Part shown: in pieces, positions 28,101 to 37,818 of the stretch
Numbering within the stretch: the first letter of the stretch is position 1
Layout of the letters: every line of letters starts with the position of its first letter
Source of the DNA: a virus
Reading direction: 5' to 3' (one strand)
DNA length: 64,000 nt
Virus record (IMG/VR): IMGVR_UViG_3300020401_000016
Coordinates: 5,863 to 69,862 of that record
Translations under genes and position numbers: made by a program
Notes under the pieces: generated by a model
Told to the model about the DNA's origin: nothing
Database searches by the model: none
What the model saw: only the letters and a program-made list of their open reading frames with translations

Positions 28101-30317
28101 ATTGATACTTTCAACGAAGTTACAAAAGTTGCAACAGTAAAAAGAGAATGGGATGACTTACCTGGATGGCAACACTTATTAGGTGGTTTCCCAATTGAAG
28201 AATTATTAGATGCATCAACAAAATATGTAATAGAACCAAGAATTACATTTAGTAATCCACCATACGCAAAAACATTATCGAGCGTAGGCAATAGCGGTTC
28301 TTTCCTTGTAGGAGAATATGGTAGAGTTGGTTCAACAAATGTTACTGTTGTTATTGGAAATGGTACAGCAAGAAGAACATCTAATGGAACAAGTTGGACA
28401 ACACACGGTGCACCTGCAGGAAATTATGTAGATACAGCAAGAAGTGATAACTGGTTCTTTGCAGTATCAAGTGATGGTAAAGTAATACGTTCACAAGATG
28501 GTGCAACATGGAATGATATTTCTAACTCAGTTGGTACTGATGTATTCAGAGGTGTAGCGGCATATGGAACAAATGTTATAGTTGCTTCTGAAACAGGAGT
28601 AGTATATTACTCATCAGATGATGGTGCTAACTGGAATAATTCACAAGTTGAACCATATGACGGATCAACTCCAGTGTTTACTCAAGCGGCAGGTGGAAAT
28701 GGAATGTTTTTACTTGCAAATACAGAAGGTGCTACTTGGGAAAGTGCTGATGACGGTATTACTTGGAGACAAAGCACAAATATTGGTGGTAACAAATACA
28801 GAGTTACAGATTTAATTTATGGTGGAGGAAAATTTGTTGCATCAGTTCAAGATTCTCCATTAGATGATTCTACATCACCTAACAAGTTTTATGTTACAAC
28901 GGCAACAAAAGCATCTATCCAAGATAGTGCATTAACAAGATGGCAAGAGAGTGCAACTCCTCCTCACGCAGGACCATACTATGTTTCATATAGCCAAGGT
29001 GTATATGTTGCAATTACTTCAACAGGTGAAATGGCATACAGTCAAGACGCAATGGTTTGGTTAGAATTAGATACTCCTTTAGGAGGAACATTCCAAGGAA
29101 TTTGTGCAGGTAGAAGCAGTGGTGCTTTCTTTGTACCAATTGAAATTGGAAACCAATCTAATTTAAATGTTATATCTTATGGTGCAAGACCTTTAGTAAG
29201 AATTATTACAAATGCAGGTAAACTTTCAAGATTACAAATATTTGAACCAGGAAGTGGTTACGTATCTGCTCCAACTGTAACTGTAACAGACAATAAAAAT
29301 ACTATAGATGCAGTACTAGAACCAAGAATGGCTTCTGGTGTATTAACACAGCCTACATTTACAAATAGAGGTACAGGATTCCTAAACGTTTCTGCTACAA
29401 TAGATGGAGATGGATTCAAAGATGAATATCAAACTGGAAAAGTAATTCAAATTAAAGAATTATCTAGAGAACCTGGACCAGGTGACTTATTATTCATTGA
29501 TGGAATAGATGATCAAGTTTATAGAGTCACACAAATTACAAACTTAACAGGTAGTGAACCAAATCTAACTGCAACATTTAGAATTTCACCAAGTTTAAGA
29601 GCACAAGAATCACCTGACCACGAAACAGTATTCACTATAAGACAACTTTACAGTCAAGTACGTTTAACAGGTCATGATTTCTTAGACATAGGTACAGGTG
29701 GAGTAACAACAACCAATTATCCAGAACTTTACACTAACAAAGGATTCACTGAAGGTTATGAAGCACAACCTAATAGAGAAGTTAAAGAAGGCGGTGGTGG
29801 TAGAGTATTCTACACTTCAACTGACCAAGATGGTAACTTCCGTGTTGGTGAATTATTTGAAGTTGAACAGGCAACTGGTATTGTAACACTAAACGCAGAC
29901 TTATTCAATCTAGCAGGATTGTCTGAGTTAAGTTTAGGTGGTGTTGTATTGGGTGGTACTGAGGTTGTAATTAGAGAATTCAGTACAGATCCAACAATGG
30001 CGGCAAATTCAGACAATATTGTGCCTACACAAAAAGCAATAGTGTCATACATCAACTCTAGGGTATCTGGAGGTGGTTCAAATCTTAACGTTTCGCGTGT
30101 AAGAGCTGGTTCAGTTAGAATTGAAACTAACCAAATCTTCAACGAAGCAGACCCAGTGAACGGAACAATAACTTTCCCTGTAACTGTGTTTATGAACAAA
30201 GGAATAAGTGGTAGTTTATTAGCACTTTCTTACTTCACAGGAGGTACAGCAAGTGTGAATTTGGATGAAGGAGACGCAGTATCCACTATCGACAGTTCCA
30301 ATGGATATGGAAATTAA
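25161..30317 (+). CDS. Giant tail-fibre-like protein with Trp/Tyr carbohydrate-binding-like repeats and Asp-box propeller
   Basis: Repeats W.....Y...D.V.YGG..Y.C...H.S; SSDDGANW and SADDGITW Asp-boxes; paralogue of 30358. Confidence 0.8.
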   Translation: MAEFKLDRIRFRYRGDWSSATNYVKDDVIRYGAKVYVCIEVHQADANFYNDLNNSTPRWVQMMDGQSWTGEWQAATFYRIGDLVKLGGVIYKCIEGHTSNTSANDGILGDELKWVYFARGENWTSVWTPETLYNVDDTVIYGGTVYKCLTSHQSQNADAGLEFDAEKWEFYSQSDNFRGEWQPNTHYYIDDIARYGGILYRAIGSHISTPNIVYTNPTNTYNQDNVNNPTGGTNATFEVYRDGGNYYGKILTAGSGYIQAETFTVLGSNLNGADSTNDCTITITTVDGTGAITAISVAGTADATVTFGLETDAARWETALEGVEYKTNFAQYTHYKVNEIVKWSPGLWKVTTSHFAFNQNLDETKFSLFVPGLEFETQWVDTQYYQKGDIVLYGGYSYVALQSNVASKPAVTDSTGNWELIFPGYNYRGEWVGTVENNGVNEPVPYKTGDVVLAGGNLYIAVRDNEDTGPDTESVYDPGSDDPFPWQLLVTGKRWRGPWIETTSAGANEYFPGDVVTVAGTLWACIDKHMANSSDAKPPLDLESENVGPYWVLLAQGAPGNVLEYPGDLKTQNDDSTRLRIGIGTPGQISKVSANGFPGWGDFELTTNVYYVAPEGADTPDNGLLPSAPFASIKYACEYIQESPGTRTPATVFIKTGFYEEQLPIKVPRDTALVGDELRSTNVRPAPGFESQNMFYVNNGSGIRNMTLQGLSGTLGDVNEYGTRRPTGGAFVSLDPGTGPTDATTWITSKSCYVQNVSTFGSGAIGLKVDGDLHNGGNKSVVANDFTQIIDNGIGFWVNGDGKSELVSVFTYYNHIGYLATNGGKVRATNGNNSYGDFGSVAEGVAATETPITCKIDNYTGEAIVNDVYNDENEIYAFAYTHGGENYTTANITIEGSGEGAAASIKYENTRDGAIKEIRIKGPDDSSPAGGAQYTQIDGTARSGTSTQIELAAQLGRPASELIGQRIYLREGRGRGQYAYIDTFNEVTKVATVKREWDDLPGWQHLLGGFPIEELLDASTKYVIEPRITFSNPPYAKTLSSVGNSGSFLVGEYGRVGSTNVTVVIGNGTARRTSNGTSWTTHGAPAGNYVDTARSDNWFFAVSSDGKVIRSQDGATWNDISNSVGTDVFRGVAAYGTNVIVASETGVVYYSSDDGANWNNSQVEPYDGSTPVFTQAAGGNGMFLLANTEGATWESADDGITWRQSTNIGGNKYRVTDLIYGGGKFVASVQDSPLDDSTSPNKFYVTTATKASIQDSALTRWQESATPPHAGPYYVSYSQGVYVAITSTGEMAYSQDAMVWLELDTPLGGTFQGICAGRSSGAFFVPIEIGNQSNLNVISYGARPLVRIITNAGKLSRLQIFEPGSGYVSAPTVTVTDNKNTIDAVLEPRMASGVLTQPTFTNRGTGFLNVSATIDGDGFKDEYQTGKVIQIKELSREPGPGDLLFIDGIDDQVYRVTQITNLTGSEPNLTATFRISPSLRAQESPDHETVFTIRQLYSQVRLTGHDFLDIGTGGVTTTNYPELYTNKGFTEGYEAQPNREVKEGGGGRVFYTSTDQDGNFRVGELFEVEQATGIVTLNADLFNLAGLSELSLGGVVLGGTEVVIREFSTDPTMAANSDNIVPTQKAIVSYINSRVSGGGSNLNVSRVRAGSVRIETNQIFNEADPVNGTITFPVTVFMNKGISGSLLALSYFTGGTASVNLDEGDAVSTIDSSNGYGN

Positions 30318-30357
30318 TAAAATGCTAAATAACACTAATACGGAGTTAAATTAATCA

Positions 30358-33300
30358 ATGGCTGAGTTTAAATTAGGTAGAATACGTTTTGTTTGGAAAG
30401 GTGCTTGGTTCACCGGTAATGAATATTTCATCGACGATGTAGTAAGATACGGTGGTAGAACATATATCGGTATCAAAGGACACACCGCATCTAGCGATTT
30501 CCAGGCAGATTTAACTGCCAACTATTGGGCATTGATGTCAGATGGTCAAGAATGGAAAGGTGATTGGAATGTTAACATCACTTATAAACCAAATGACGTT
30601 GTAAAATATGGTGGTTACATTTATCTTTGTAACACAGGACACACTTCTGCAGAATTAGTTGCAGATGGATTAGAAGCAGATCAATCTAAATGGGATTTAT
30701 TTTCAGAAGGTTTCAATTATTTAGGTAATTGGGGAACATCAACAAGATATAAAATTAATGATTTAGTAAAATATGGTGAATCAGTTTACCTATGTGTTAC
30801 TCAACACACTTCATCAGCAACAGCGGCTGGTGGTTTAGAAGGTGATGATGGTGCAGGTAATCAAACTGATTTAGCAAAATGGGAATTGTTTGCAAAAGGT
30901 TTCGGATGGAACAATGCATGGCAAACTTCAACAAGATACAAACCAAATGACACAGTTAGATACGGTGGACAAGTTTATATTTGTATAACTGGACACACTT
31001 CTGCCGCAACAACTACATTAGGTTTAGAAAACGATCAAGCAAAATGGCAATACGTTCACAAAGGTATTGAATATTTAGGTGACTGGACAGGAACAACAAG
31101 ATACAAAGTTAACGACCTTGTAAAATATGGTGGTAACATTTGGATTTGTACAGCACACCACACATCAACAAGTTCATTAGCAACTGACGAAGCAAACTGG
31201 TCAATTTTTGTACCAGGTTTAGAATTTGAAGATTCATGGAGTTCAGCAACACAATACCAACCAGGTGACTTTAGTACATACGGTGGATATTCTTATGTTG
31301 CAAAAACAAACAACCTAAACAAACAACCAAGTCAATATCCAGCAGACTGGGATTTATTTGTAACAGGATTTAGTTTAAAAGGTGACTATGATAATGCAAC
31401 GGCTTACAAAACAGGTGACGTTGTAAGAGTTGGTGGTTTCACATATTTAAATATTGAAGATTCAACAGGAAATAGACCACCTAATGTAACTTACTGGAAT
31501 AAACTTAACGAAGGTTTATACTGGAAAGGTGCATGGTCAAACGCAGTTTACTATGACAAAGGCGATATTGTAAGAGGAACAATTAACACAGACACTTCTT
31601 ATATTTGTATTCAATCACACACATCTAACAATGTTGGTCCAAGCACAATTAACCAACCAGATGCGGCTCCAGGAGCAGGTGTTGATTCAGGATCTTACTG
31701 GCAATTATTATCAGGTGGTCCAGAAAATGATGTAATATCAGCACAAGGTGATTTATTAATTTATGGTCCTTCAGGTCCAACTAGATTGCCAATCGGAAGA
31801 GCAGGTCAATCTTTAGTTGTAAACAACGCAGGTAACTTACCTGAATGGGGTTACGTTGGACAAGTAGATCAAGTTTATTATGTTGCACCAAATGGTGAAG
31901 ACATTGCGGCGCCAGATGCTGGTGTAACATTGGATAGACCATGGAAGAGTGTAAGATATGGATTATTTAATATTGAAAAAGGTCCAAGATTTCCTTTCAG
32001 CACATACTTGTTAGAAAGAAACAAACAGTTTATACAAGATGAAACTATTGCTTGGATTAATGATCAGATTGCAAACAATACTCCACCATTTACAAATGCA
32101 TTTACATACAACGCAACTAAATGTAGAAGAGATATTGGATTATTAATTGATGCAACATTGTGGGACATGAGACATGGCGGCAATGAAAGATCAAGAAAAG
32201 CGGCTTTACAATACTTTACACCAGCAGGTGCTTCATACGTAACAGGACAAGAGGCTGAAACTGCGGCATCAATTGTAAGAGCAATTTATATTGCACAACA
32301 AGTAATTGCTAACAACACAGGTTACACACCAGAACAAAACACAACTCCACAATATTCAGATGTAAGTTACGTTGCGGAAGCAGATGCAGGTACGACTATT
32401 GAAACGTACATGAAATATTCATCAGATGCAATAACTGCCGGCAACTCAAACGGCGTTCCAGCATTGAGAATTGCAAATTCAACTTTAAATGTTAAAACTG
32501 GAAGATATCAAGAAGTTGGTCCAATGATTATTGATGAATCAGTAGCATTGGTAGGTGATGAATTAAGATCAACAGCAATCAGTCCAGCAGGTTCTATAAC
32601 TTCAGCAGGTGACACGCAATACAGTTTACAAGGTATTGACAGAATGATTGCAATTATTAGTGATGTTGTACAAAACAACTCAGTTACAGTTACACCATCA
32701 GGTGGTGTTATAAGTGTTGACAACGATTCTGGACCGAATTTGAACTACAATGATGGTACAGGTACTGGCGTTGCTTCTACAACTACAGGTAACGGTGTAG
32801 GTGCAACATTTAATATTACAGTTGCTTCTTTCTCTGTAACAGCAATTACAGTAAACAATCCAGGACAAGGGTACGCATCAGATGATAGAATTACAATTCC
32901 AGCAAACACAGTGATAATTGGTGGAAGTGGAAACACAACACTTGGTGCAGATTTCAGTTTTGATGCAAATGAAGTAACAAGTGGAAACACAATTACACAA
33001 AATACAAGTAATCCAGCAGGTTCGGCGGCGGCAGGTGCTCGTTCAGTTGTGATTGCAACAGACATAAAAGAATACATTGACTTTAAAATTAACGCAAACG
33101 GTTCTGAACCAACAATGGCAGGTTCAAACATTCCTGAAAATGATGCAGGATACACAGATGCACGTGGAAGATTGTTAGCAAACAGAGAATTTATTGCTAA
33201 AGAAGCCGCAGAATTTGTGAAAAGAGCGAATCCAGGTGTAAGTTTCAGTCAAACTGCTTGTGAAAGAGATGTTAAAGAGTATGTAGACGCAATTATATTT

Positions 33301-36078
33301 GATCTAGAATACACAGGAAATTACAGAGCATTGAGATCAGGTGAATGGTATGTAAACAGTGTTCAAGGTTCTACAACAAAAGATATGTTCTACATGAGAA
33401 ACGGTTCAGGTTTAAGAAACTGTACACTAACAGGATTATCGGGTTCATTAGGTTCAGCAAATGCTTACGGCACAAAACGTCCAACAGCAGGTGCGTTTGT
33501 ATCGCTTGATCCAGGATTTGGTCCATTAGACTACAAGGCATGGATTGCAACAACAACTGCTGGTACAGGACAATTTACACCAACTAATGGTACATATGAT
33601 CCTGCAACAGGAACAACTGTGTTAACAATTGGTTCACACCAATTACAAGCGGGTGACACTGTAAGATTAACAACAGCAAGTTTAACTTTTGAATGTTCTC
33701 AGGACAATTATCAAACTCAACACGCATATCCAAGAGCAACAGACCCAGCGGCTGGTAAAGAATTATTAGTAGAAGCAGTTACTCCAACAACAATTACAAT
33801 TAATGTTGGTGCAAGTGGCGGTGGAGATCAATATGTACACAGATGGGTAAGTGCATCTGCAAACGCTGTACAAGAAGAAACTATAAACAGATTTGGTGGT
33901 AAATCACCATACGTACAAAACGTATCTAACTTTGGTGTAGGAGCAACAGGTTTAAAAATTGATGGAGATTTACACGCAGGTGGTAATGATTCAATTGTTG
34001 CAAACGACTTTACACAAATTATTTCCGATGGTATTGGTGCATGGGTAACAAACTTAGGTAGATCAGAACTTGTATCTGTGTTTGCTTACTATAATCACAT
34101 TGGATACCTTGCAGAAACAGGTGGAAAAATACGTGCTACAAACGGTAACAACTCTTATGGAGATTTTGGTTCTGTTGCAGAAGGTGTTGATCCAACAGAA
34201 GTTCCTGTAACAGGTAGAGTTGACAACAGATCAACAGATGCTTTAGTAGAAAGAGTGTTCACAGATGGTGATCAAATACTTGCATTAGAATACAGCAACG
34301 CAGGTAGAGAATACTCAAATGCTAACATATCTATTGTTGGTACTGGTTATGGTTTATCTGGTGTTACTGCAACATACAACACAGGTGGAATATACAAAAT
34401 TAGATTAACAGAAACAATTACTACTCCAGAATCAAACTTAGGTGGTAAAGGTTATGTAACAGCAACAAACGCCGCACAAACAGGTGACTTAACTTCTATT
34501 ACAATAGCAGTAACAGACACAAATCCTTCAAGTGCATACATTGGAATGGCAGTATGGATGGTAGAAGGTCTAGGTGCAGGTCAATTTGGATACATTGACA
34601 CATACAACGCGGCTTCAAAAGTTGCAACTGTTAGAAAATATTCAGATGGTACTCCAGGTTGGGATCACTTATTAGGTGATTCTTCTGTAAGTTCATACTT
34701 AGATGCAACTTCAATCTACGTGATTGAACCAAGAGTATCTATTCCTGCTCCGCAAAATGATGGATCTACTCCACCAAGAAATGCAATAGCAAGAGCGATT
34801 GTAACAGCGGAACAAGTTTCATCAATAAGAATTTTAGATTGTGGTGCTTCTTATACAAGTGCTCCAACTATTACACTTGTTGATCCTAACAACACAACAG
34901 ACGCTCCAACTCAAGCATATGTTGGTGATGGTGTATTAGGTCAACCTACTTACACTGTAAGAGGATTTGAATTTGAAACAGCAGATGCAACAATTACAGA
35001 AACAGGAACAGAGGCAACTGTAAGTGGTGTAACTCAAGCAAATCCGGCAGTAGTAACAACTTCTGCGGCTCATAACTTTAACAACAACGATAAAGTTGTG
35101 TTTACAGATGTTGGTGGAATGATTGAATTAAACACAGGTGTATACTACTATGTAAAAGTTTTAACTACTGATACATTTGAAATTTACAGAGATTATCAAT
35201 TAACTCAAGCGATAGATTCAACAAACTTTACTGCTTACTCAGTAAGTAACGGTAAAGCAACTACATTTGGTGGATTTAGAGATGAATATCAATCAGGAAA
35301 ATACATACAGGTTGAAAATTTAACGGACCTTCCAAGAGCAGGATCAAACATTGAGTTTGGACACCTACCAGGAACGTTCTTCAAACTTGTTGCTGTTAAC
35401 CAACAGTTAGGTACTCAAGCACCTTACACAGGATTGTTACAAATATCTCCAGACTTAAAAGTTTCTGAAGCACCAGAACATGGTCAATCACTTGAAATGA
35501 GAATTAGATATTCTCAAGTTAGATTAACAGGTCATGATTTCCTAGACATTGGAACAGGTAATCAGACAAATACAAATTATCCAGGAATACCATTAAATGA
35601 TCCAGACCCAACAAAAGAAACTGTTGAGTCAAATGGTGGTAGAGTATTCTTTACATCAACTGACCAAGACGGTAACTTTAGAGTTGGTGACTTGTTCTCA
35701 GTAGAACAGGCAACTGGTATTGCAACATTGAATGCAGATGCATTTAATATTTCTGGATTACAAGAGTTACAGTTGGGTGATTTAGCATTAGGTGGAACAA
35801 GTGCATCTATTAATGAATTCTCAACTGATGGTACAATGTCCGCGAACAGCGATGCAATAGTACCAACTCAGAGGGCAATAAGAACTTATATCGCTTCACA
35901 AATTGGTGGTGGTGCAAGTTCTTTGAACGTCAACTTGATTGTCGCAGGTTTCGTAGTAGTTACTGGGCAGACAATATCAACAACAACTGATACAGGTATT
36001 AACTTTAATTCTACTGTTAACTTCAATAAAGGAGTTAGTGGTGTACCTGTAGCAATGAACTACTTAATACATAGTTAA
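30358..36078 (+). CDS. Giant tail-fibre-like protein with phycobiliprotein-like helical inserts
   Basis: Same N-terminal repeats and C-terminus as 25161; extra KCRRDIG and ACERD helical domains. Confidence 0.8.
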   Translation: MAEFKLGRIRFVWKGAWFTGNEYFIDDVVRYGGRTYIGIKGHTASSDFQADLTANYWALMSDGQEWKGDWNVNITYKPNDVVKYGGYIYLCNTGHTSAELVADGLEADQSKWDLFSEGFNYLGNWGTSTRYKINDLVKYGESVYLCVTQHTSSATAAGGLEGDDGAGNQTDLAKWELFAKGFGWNNAWQTSTRYKPNDTVRYGGQVYICITGHTSAATTTLGLENDQAKWQYVHKGIEYLGDWTGTTRYKVNDLVKYGGNIWICTAHHTSTSSLATDEANWSIFVPGLEFEDSWSSATQYQPGDFSTYGGYSYVAKTNNLNKQPSQYPADWDLFVTGFSLKGDYDNATAYKTGDVVRVGGFTYLNIEDSTGNRPPNVTYWNKLNEGLYWKGAWSNAVYYDKGDIVRGTINTDTSYICIQSHTSNNVGPSTINQPDAAPGAGVDSGSYWQLLSGGPENDVISAQGDLLIYGPSGPTRLPIGRAGQSLVVNNAGNLPEWGYVGQVDQVYYVAPNGEDIAAPDAGVTLDRPWKSVRYGLFNIEKGPRFPFSTYLLERNKQFIQDETIAWINDQIANNTPPFTNAFTYNATKCRRDIGLLIDATLWDMRHGGNERSRKAALQYFTPAGASYVTGQEAETAASIVRAIYIAQQVIANNTGYTPEQNTTPQYSDVSYVAEADAGTTIETYMKYSSDAITAGNSNGVPALRIANSTLNVKTGRYQEVGPMIIDESVALVGDELRSTAISPAGSITSAGDTQYSLQGIDRMIAIISDVVQNNSVTVTPSGGVISVDNDSGPNLNYNDGTGTGVASTTTGNGVGATFNITVASFSVTAITVNNPGQGYASDDRITIPANTVIIGGSGNTTLGADFSFDANEVTSGNTITQNTSNPAGSAAAGARSVVIATDIKEYIDFKINANGSEPTMAGSNIPENDAGYTDARGRLLANREFIAKEAAEFVKRANPGVSFSQTACERDVKEYVDAIIFDLEYTGNYRALRSGEWYVNSVQGSTTKDMFYMRNGSGLRNCTLTGLSGSLGSANAYGTKRPTAGAFVSLDPGFGPLDYKAWIATTTAGTGQFTPTNGTYDPATGTTVLTIGSHQLQAGDTVRLTTASLTFECSQDNYQTQHAYPRATDPAAGKELLVEAVTPTTITINVGASGGGDQYVHRWVSASANAVQEETINRFGGKSPYVQNVSNFGVGATGLKIDGDLHAGGNDSIVANDFTQIISDGIGAWVTNLGRSELVSVFAYYNHIGYLAETGGKIRATNGNNSYGDFGSVAEGVDPTEVPVTGRVDNRSTDALVERVFTDGDQILALEYSNAGREYSNANISIVGTGYGLSGVTATYNTGGIYKIRLTETITTPESNLGGKGYVTATNAAQTGDLTSITIAVTDTNPSSAYIGMAVWMVEGLGAGQFGYIDTYNAASKVATVRKYSDGTPGWDHLLGDSSVSSYLDATSIYVIEPRVSIPAPQNDGSTPPRNAIARAIVTAEQVSSIRILDCGASYTSAPTITLVDPNNTTDAPTQAYVGDGVLGQPTYTVRGFEFETADATITETGTEATVSGVTQANPAVVTTSAAHNFNNNDKVVFTDVGGMIELNTGVYYYVKVLTTDTFEIYRDYQLTQAIDSTNFTAYSVSNGKATTFGGFRDEYQSGKYIQVENLTDLPRAGSNIEFGHLPGTFFKLVAVNQQLGTQAPYTGLLQISPDLKVSEAPEHGQSLEMRIRYSQVRLTGHDFLDIGTGNQTNTNYPGIPLNDPDPTKETVESNGGRVFFTSTDQDGNFRVGDLFSVEQATGIATLNADAFNISGLQELQLGDLALGGTSASINEFSTDGTMSANSDAIVPTQRAIRTYIASQIGGGASSLNVNLIVAGFVVVTGQTISTTTDTGINFNSTVNFNKGVSGVPVAMNYLIHS

Positions 36079-36089
36079 AGGAGGAAAAT

Positions 36090-36410
36090 ATGGCTTCAGG
36101 AAGACTTGGTACTGCAAACTTAACTGCCGCTACTAATACATCTGTATATACTGTGCCCGCTGATACATTTACTGTCGCTACGATATCTATCTGTAACAGA
36201 GGAAATCAGGCTATCACAGTGCAAATGGCTGTGGCTGACTCGGCAACTCCGAATGCTTCAGAATACATAGAGTATGAAACAGAGGTTTTATCTCATGGTG
36301 TTTTGGAAAGAACGGGTGTTGTGATGAGTGCAGGTCAGATATTGGTGGTATACGCCAGTGCGGCAAACGTAAGTGCTGTTGTTATGGGCATTGAAACGTC
36401 AACAGCGTAG
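36090..36410 (+). CDS. Small beta-rich virion protein
   Basis: VYTVPA...ISICNR...LERTGVVM; GGAGG SD. Confidence 0.7.
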   Translation: MASGRLGTANLTAATNTSVYTVPADTFTVATISICNRGNQAITVQMAVADSATPNASEYIEYETEVLSHGVLERTGVVMSAGQILVVYASAANVSAVVMGIETSTA

Positions 36411-36457
36411 TAAATTAACAAAAATGAATAAATAACATTGAAAAAGGAAACAAAACA

Positions 36458-36790
36458 ATGGGAAGATACATATCAACAACTGGAACAGCAGGGGTAGTTA
36501 CTAGAGAAGTAAACAGTACCTTTAATGCAACGGTGAATGATAGAATACTTGCAGACAGTTCGTCAGCAGGTTTTACTATTACTTTACCTGCCAGCACAAC
36601 ATTGTTGTTAAATGATACAATTCAAATCATTGATGCAACATCAAGTGCAGGTACCAATGCTATTACAATAGCAAGAAATGGTGCAAAAATTCAAGGTGCG
36701 GCAGAAGATCTAACTTTCGATATCACAGGTGGTATTGTTACAATGATCTACACTGGTACAACTTACGGTTGGATAGTTGGTGCTGTATAA
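36458..36790 (+). CDS. Tail-fibre connector-like protein (single gp34-like repeat)
   Basis: ADSSSAGFTITLPA...IQIIDA...NAITIARNG..I.G...DL...YGW. Confidence 0.65.
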   Translation: MGRYISTTGTAGVVTREVNSTFNATVNDRILADSSSAGFTITLPASTTLLLNDTIQIIDATSSAGTNAITIARNGAKIQGAAEDLTFDITGGIVTMIYTGTTYGWIVGAV

Positions 36791-36842
36791 TCAGTACTGA
36801 TTATAATCGTATTAGTAACTAATTTTGTAAAGGAAAAGTAAC

Positions 36843-37808
36843 ATGGCAAGTTTAAAGTCGTTATTAGCAACTAAATCAGACGCATTTGCAACGCCTGAGC
36901 AAGAACAGAACTTGGAAAAAGGTAGAATTTATACTTACAATCCAGGAACTAACTACTCAAGACTATGGTGTTGTTTTTGTTTCCATCCTGAAGAATCAGG
37001 AATTGCAGTCGTAGACATTTGGGGTGCTGGTGGATCAGGCGCAGAAATGTGTTGTTGTGGTTTTGGACTAGCAGGTAACTCAGGCGCATACACTAGAAGA
37101 ACAGTAGTAATGGCGGCAGGAGATTACATTGAAGGTCGTGTTGGAATTGCTTGTGGTAACTCAGACTCATTATGTTTTAGAGGATGTTCAGAAGCAACCT
37201 GTGTAAGATATTGTATATCAGGAATTTGTACGTGTACTTGTACGGAAGGTGGAAGAGGAGGAATTTCTTTCTGTTCTACAAACTCATCATTTTATTGTTG
37301 TTACAGAGCAAACGGTTTCTGTTATACTAGAACAGATAACGATAACTGCGGAATAATTTGTAACAAGTGTAATGGTTCTTTCGAAGGAAGATCATTTAAT
37401 GGTGATATTAACTGTCCAAGTAGACTTTCATGTGTAAGTGCATTTGGATGTTATCCAACTTGTATTTGTATGTTTAACTACCACATACCTACTCCGTATG
37501 GACAGTTTTCATTATGTGGTAACAAACCGGTTTTTGCAAACGAAAACAGAACTCAGTCAGCAGATTGGTCAGGTCAAGGTAGACACCAACACGTTGCAAC
37601 ACTAGGATCTGGTAGATGGCCAACAGGAGGAATTCCATTCTCAACTTGTTGGGGTAAATCAGGTGCTTGTAACTGTTACAACAATGAAGGTTGTGTACCA
37701 GTTATGCCTTATGGAACTGGCGGTATGGGACCTTTCCCATGTCCAGGTGTAAGGGATCACGCAACAAGAGGCGGACACGGAACTGTTAGAATTAAATTTA
37801 TAAGGTAA
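36843..37808 (+). CDS. Cys/Gly-rich putative fibre-tip protein 1
   Basis: IWGAGGSG..MCCC.G..G..GAY and C-terminal RDH..RGG.G.VRI; about 32 Cys in 321 aa. Confidence 0.7.
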   Translation: MASLKSLLATKSDAFATPEQEQNLEKGRIYTYNPGTNYSRLWCCFCFHPEESGIAVVDIWGAGGSGAEMCCCGFGLAGNSGAYTRRTVVMAAGDYIEGRVGIACGNSDSLCFRGCSEATCVRYCISGICTCTCTEGGRGGISFCSTNSSFYCCYRANGFCYTRTDNDNCGIICNKCNGSFEGRSFNGDINCPSRLSCVSAFGCYPTCICMFNYHIPTPYGQFSLCGNKPVFANENRTQSADWSGQGRHQHVATLGSGRWPTGGIPFSTCWGKSGACNCYNNEGCVPVMPYGTGGMGPFPCPGVRDHATRGGHGTVRIKFIR

Positions 37809-37818
37809 GGATAACGAT

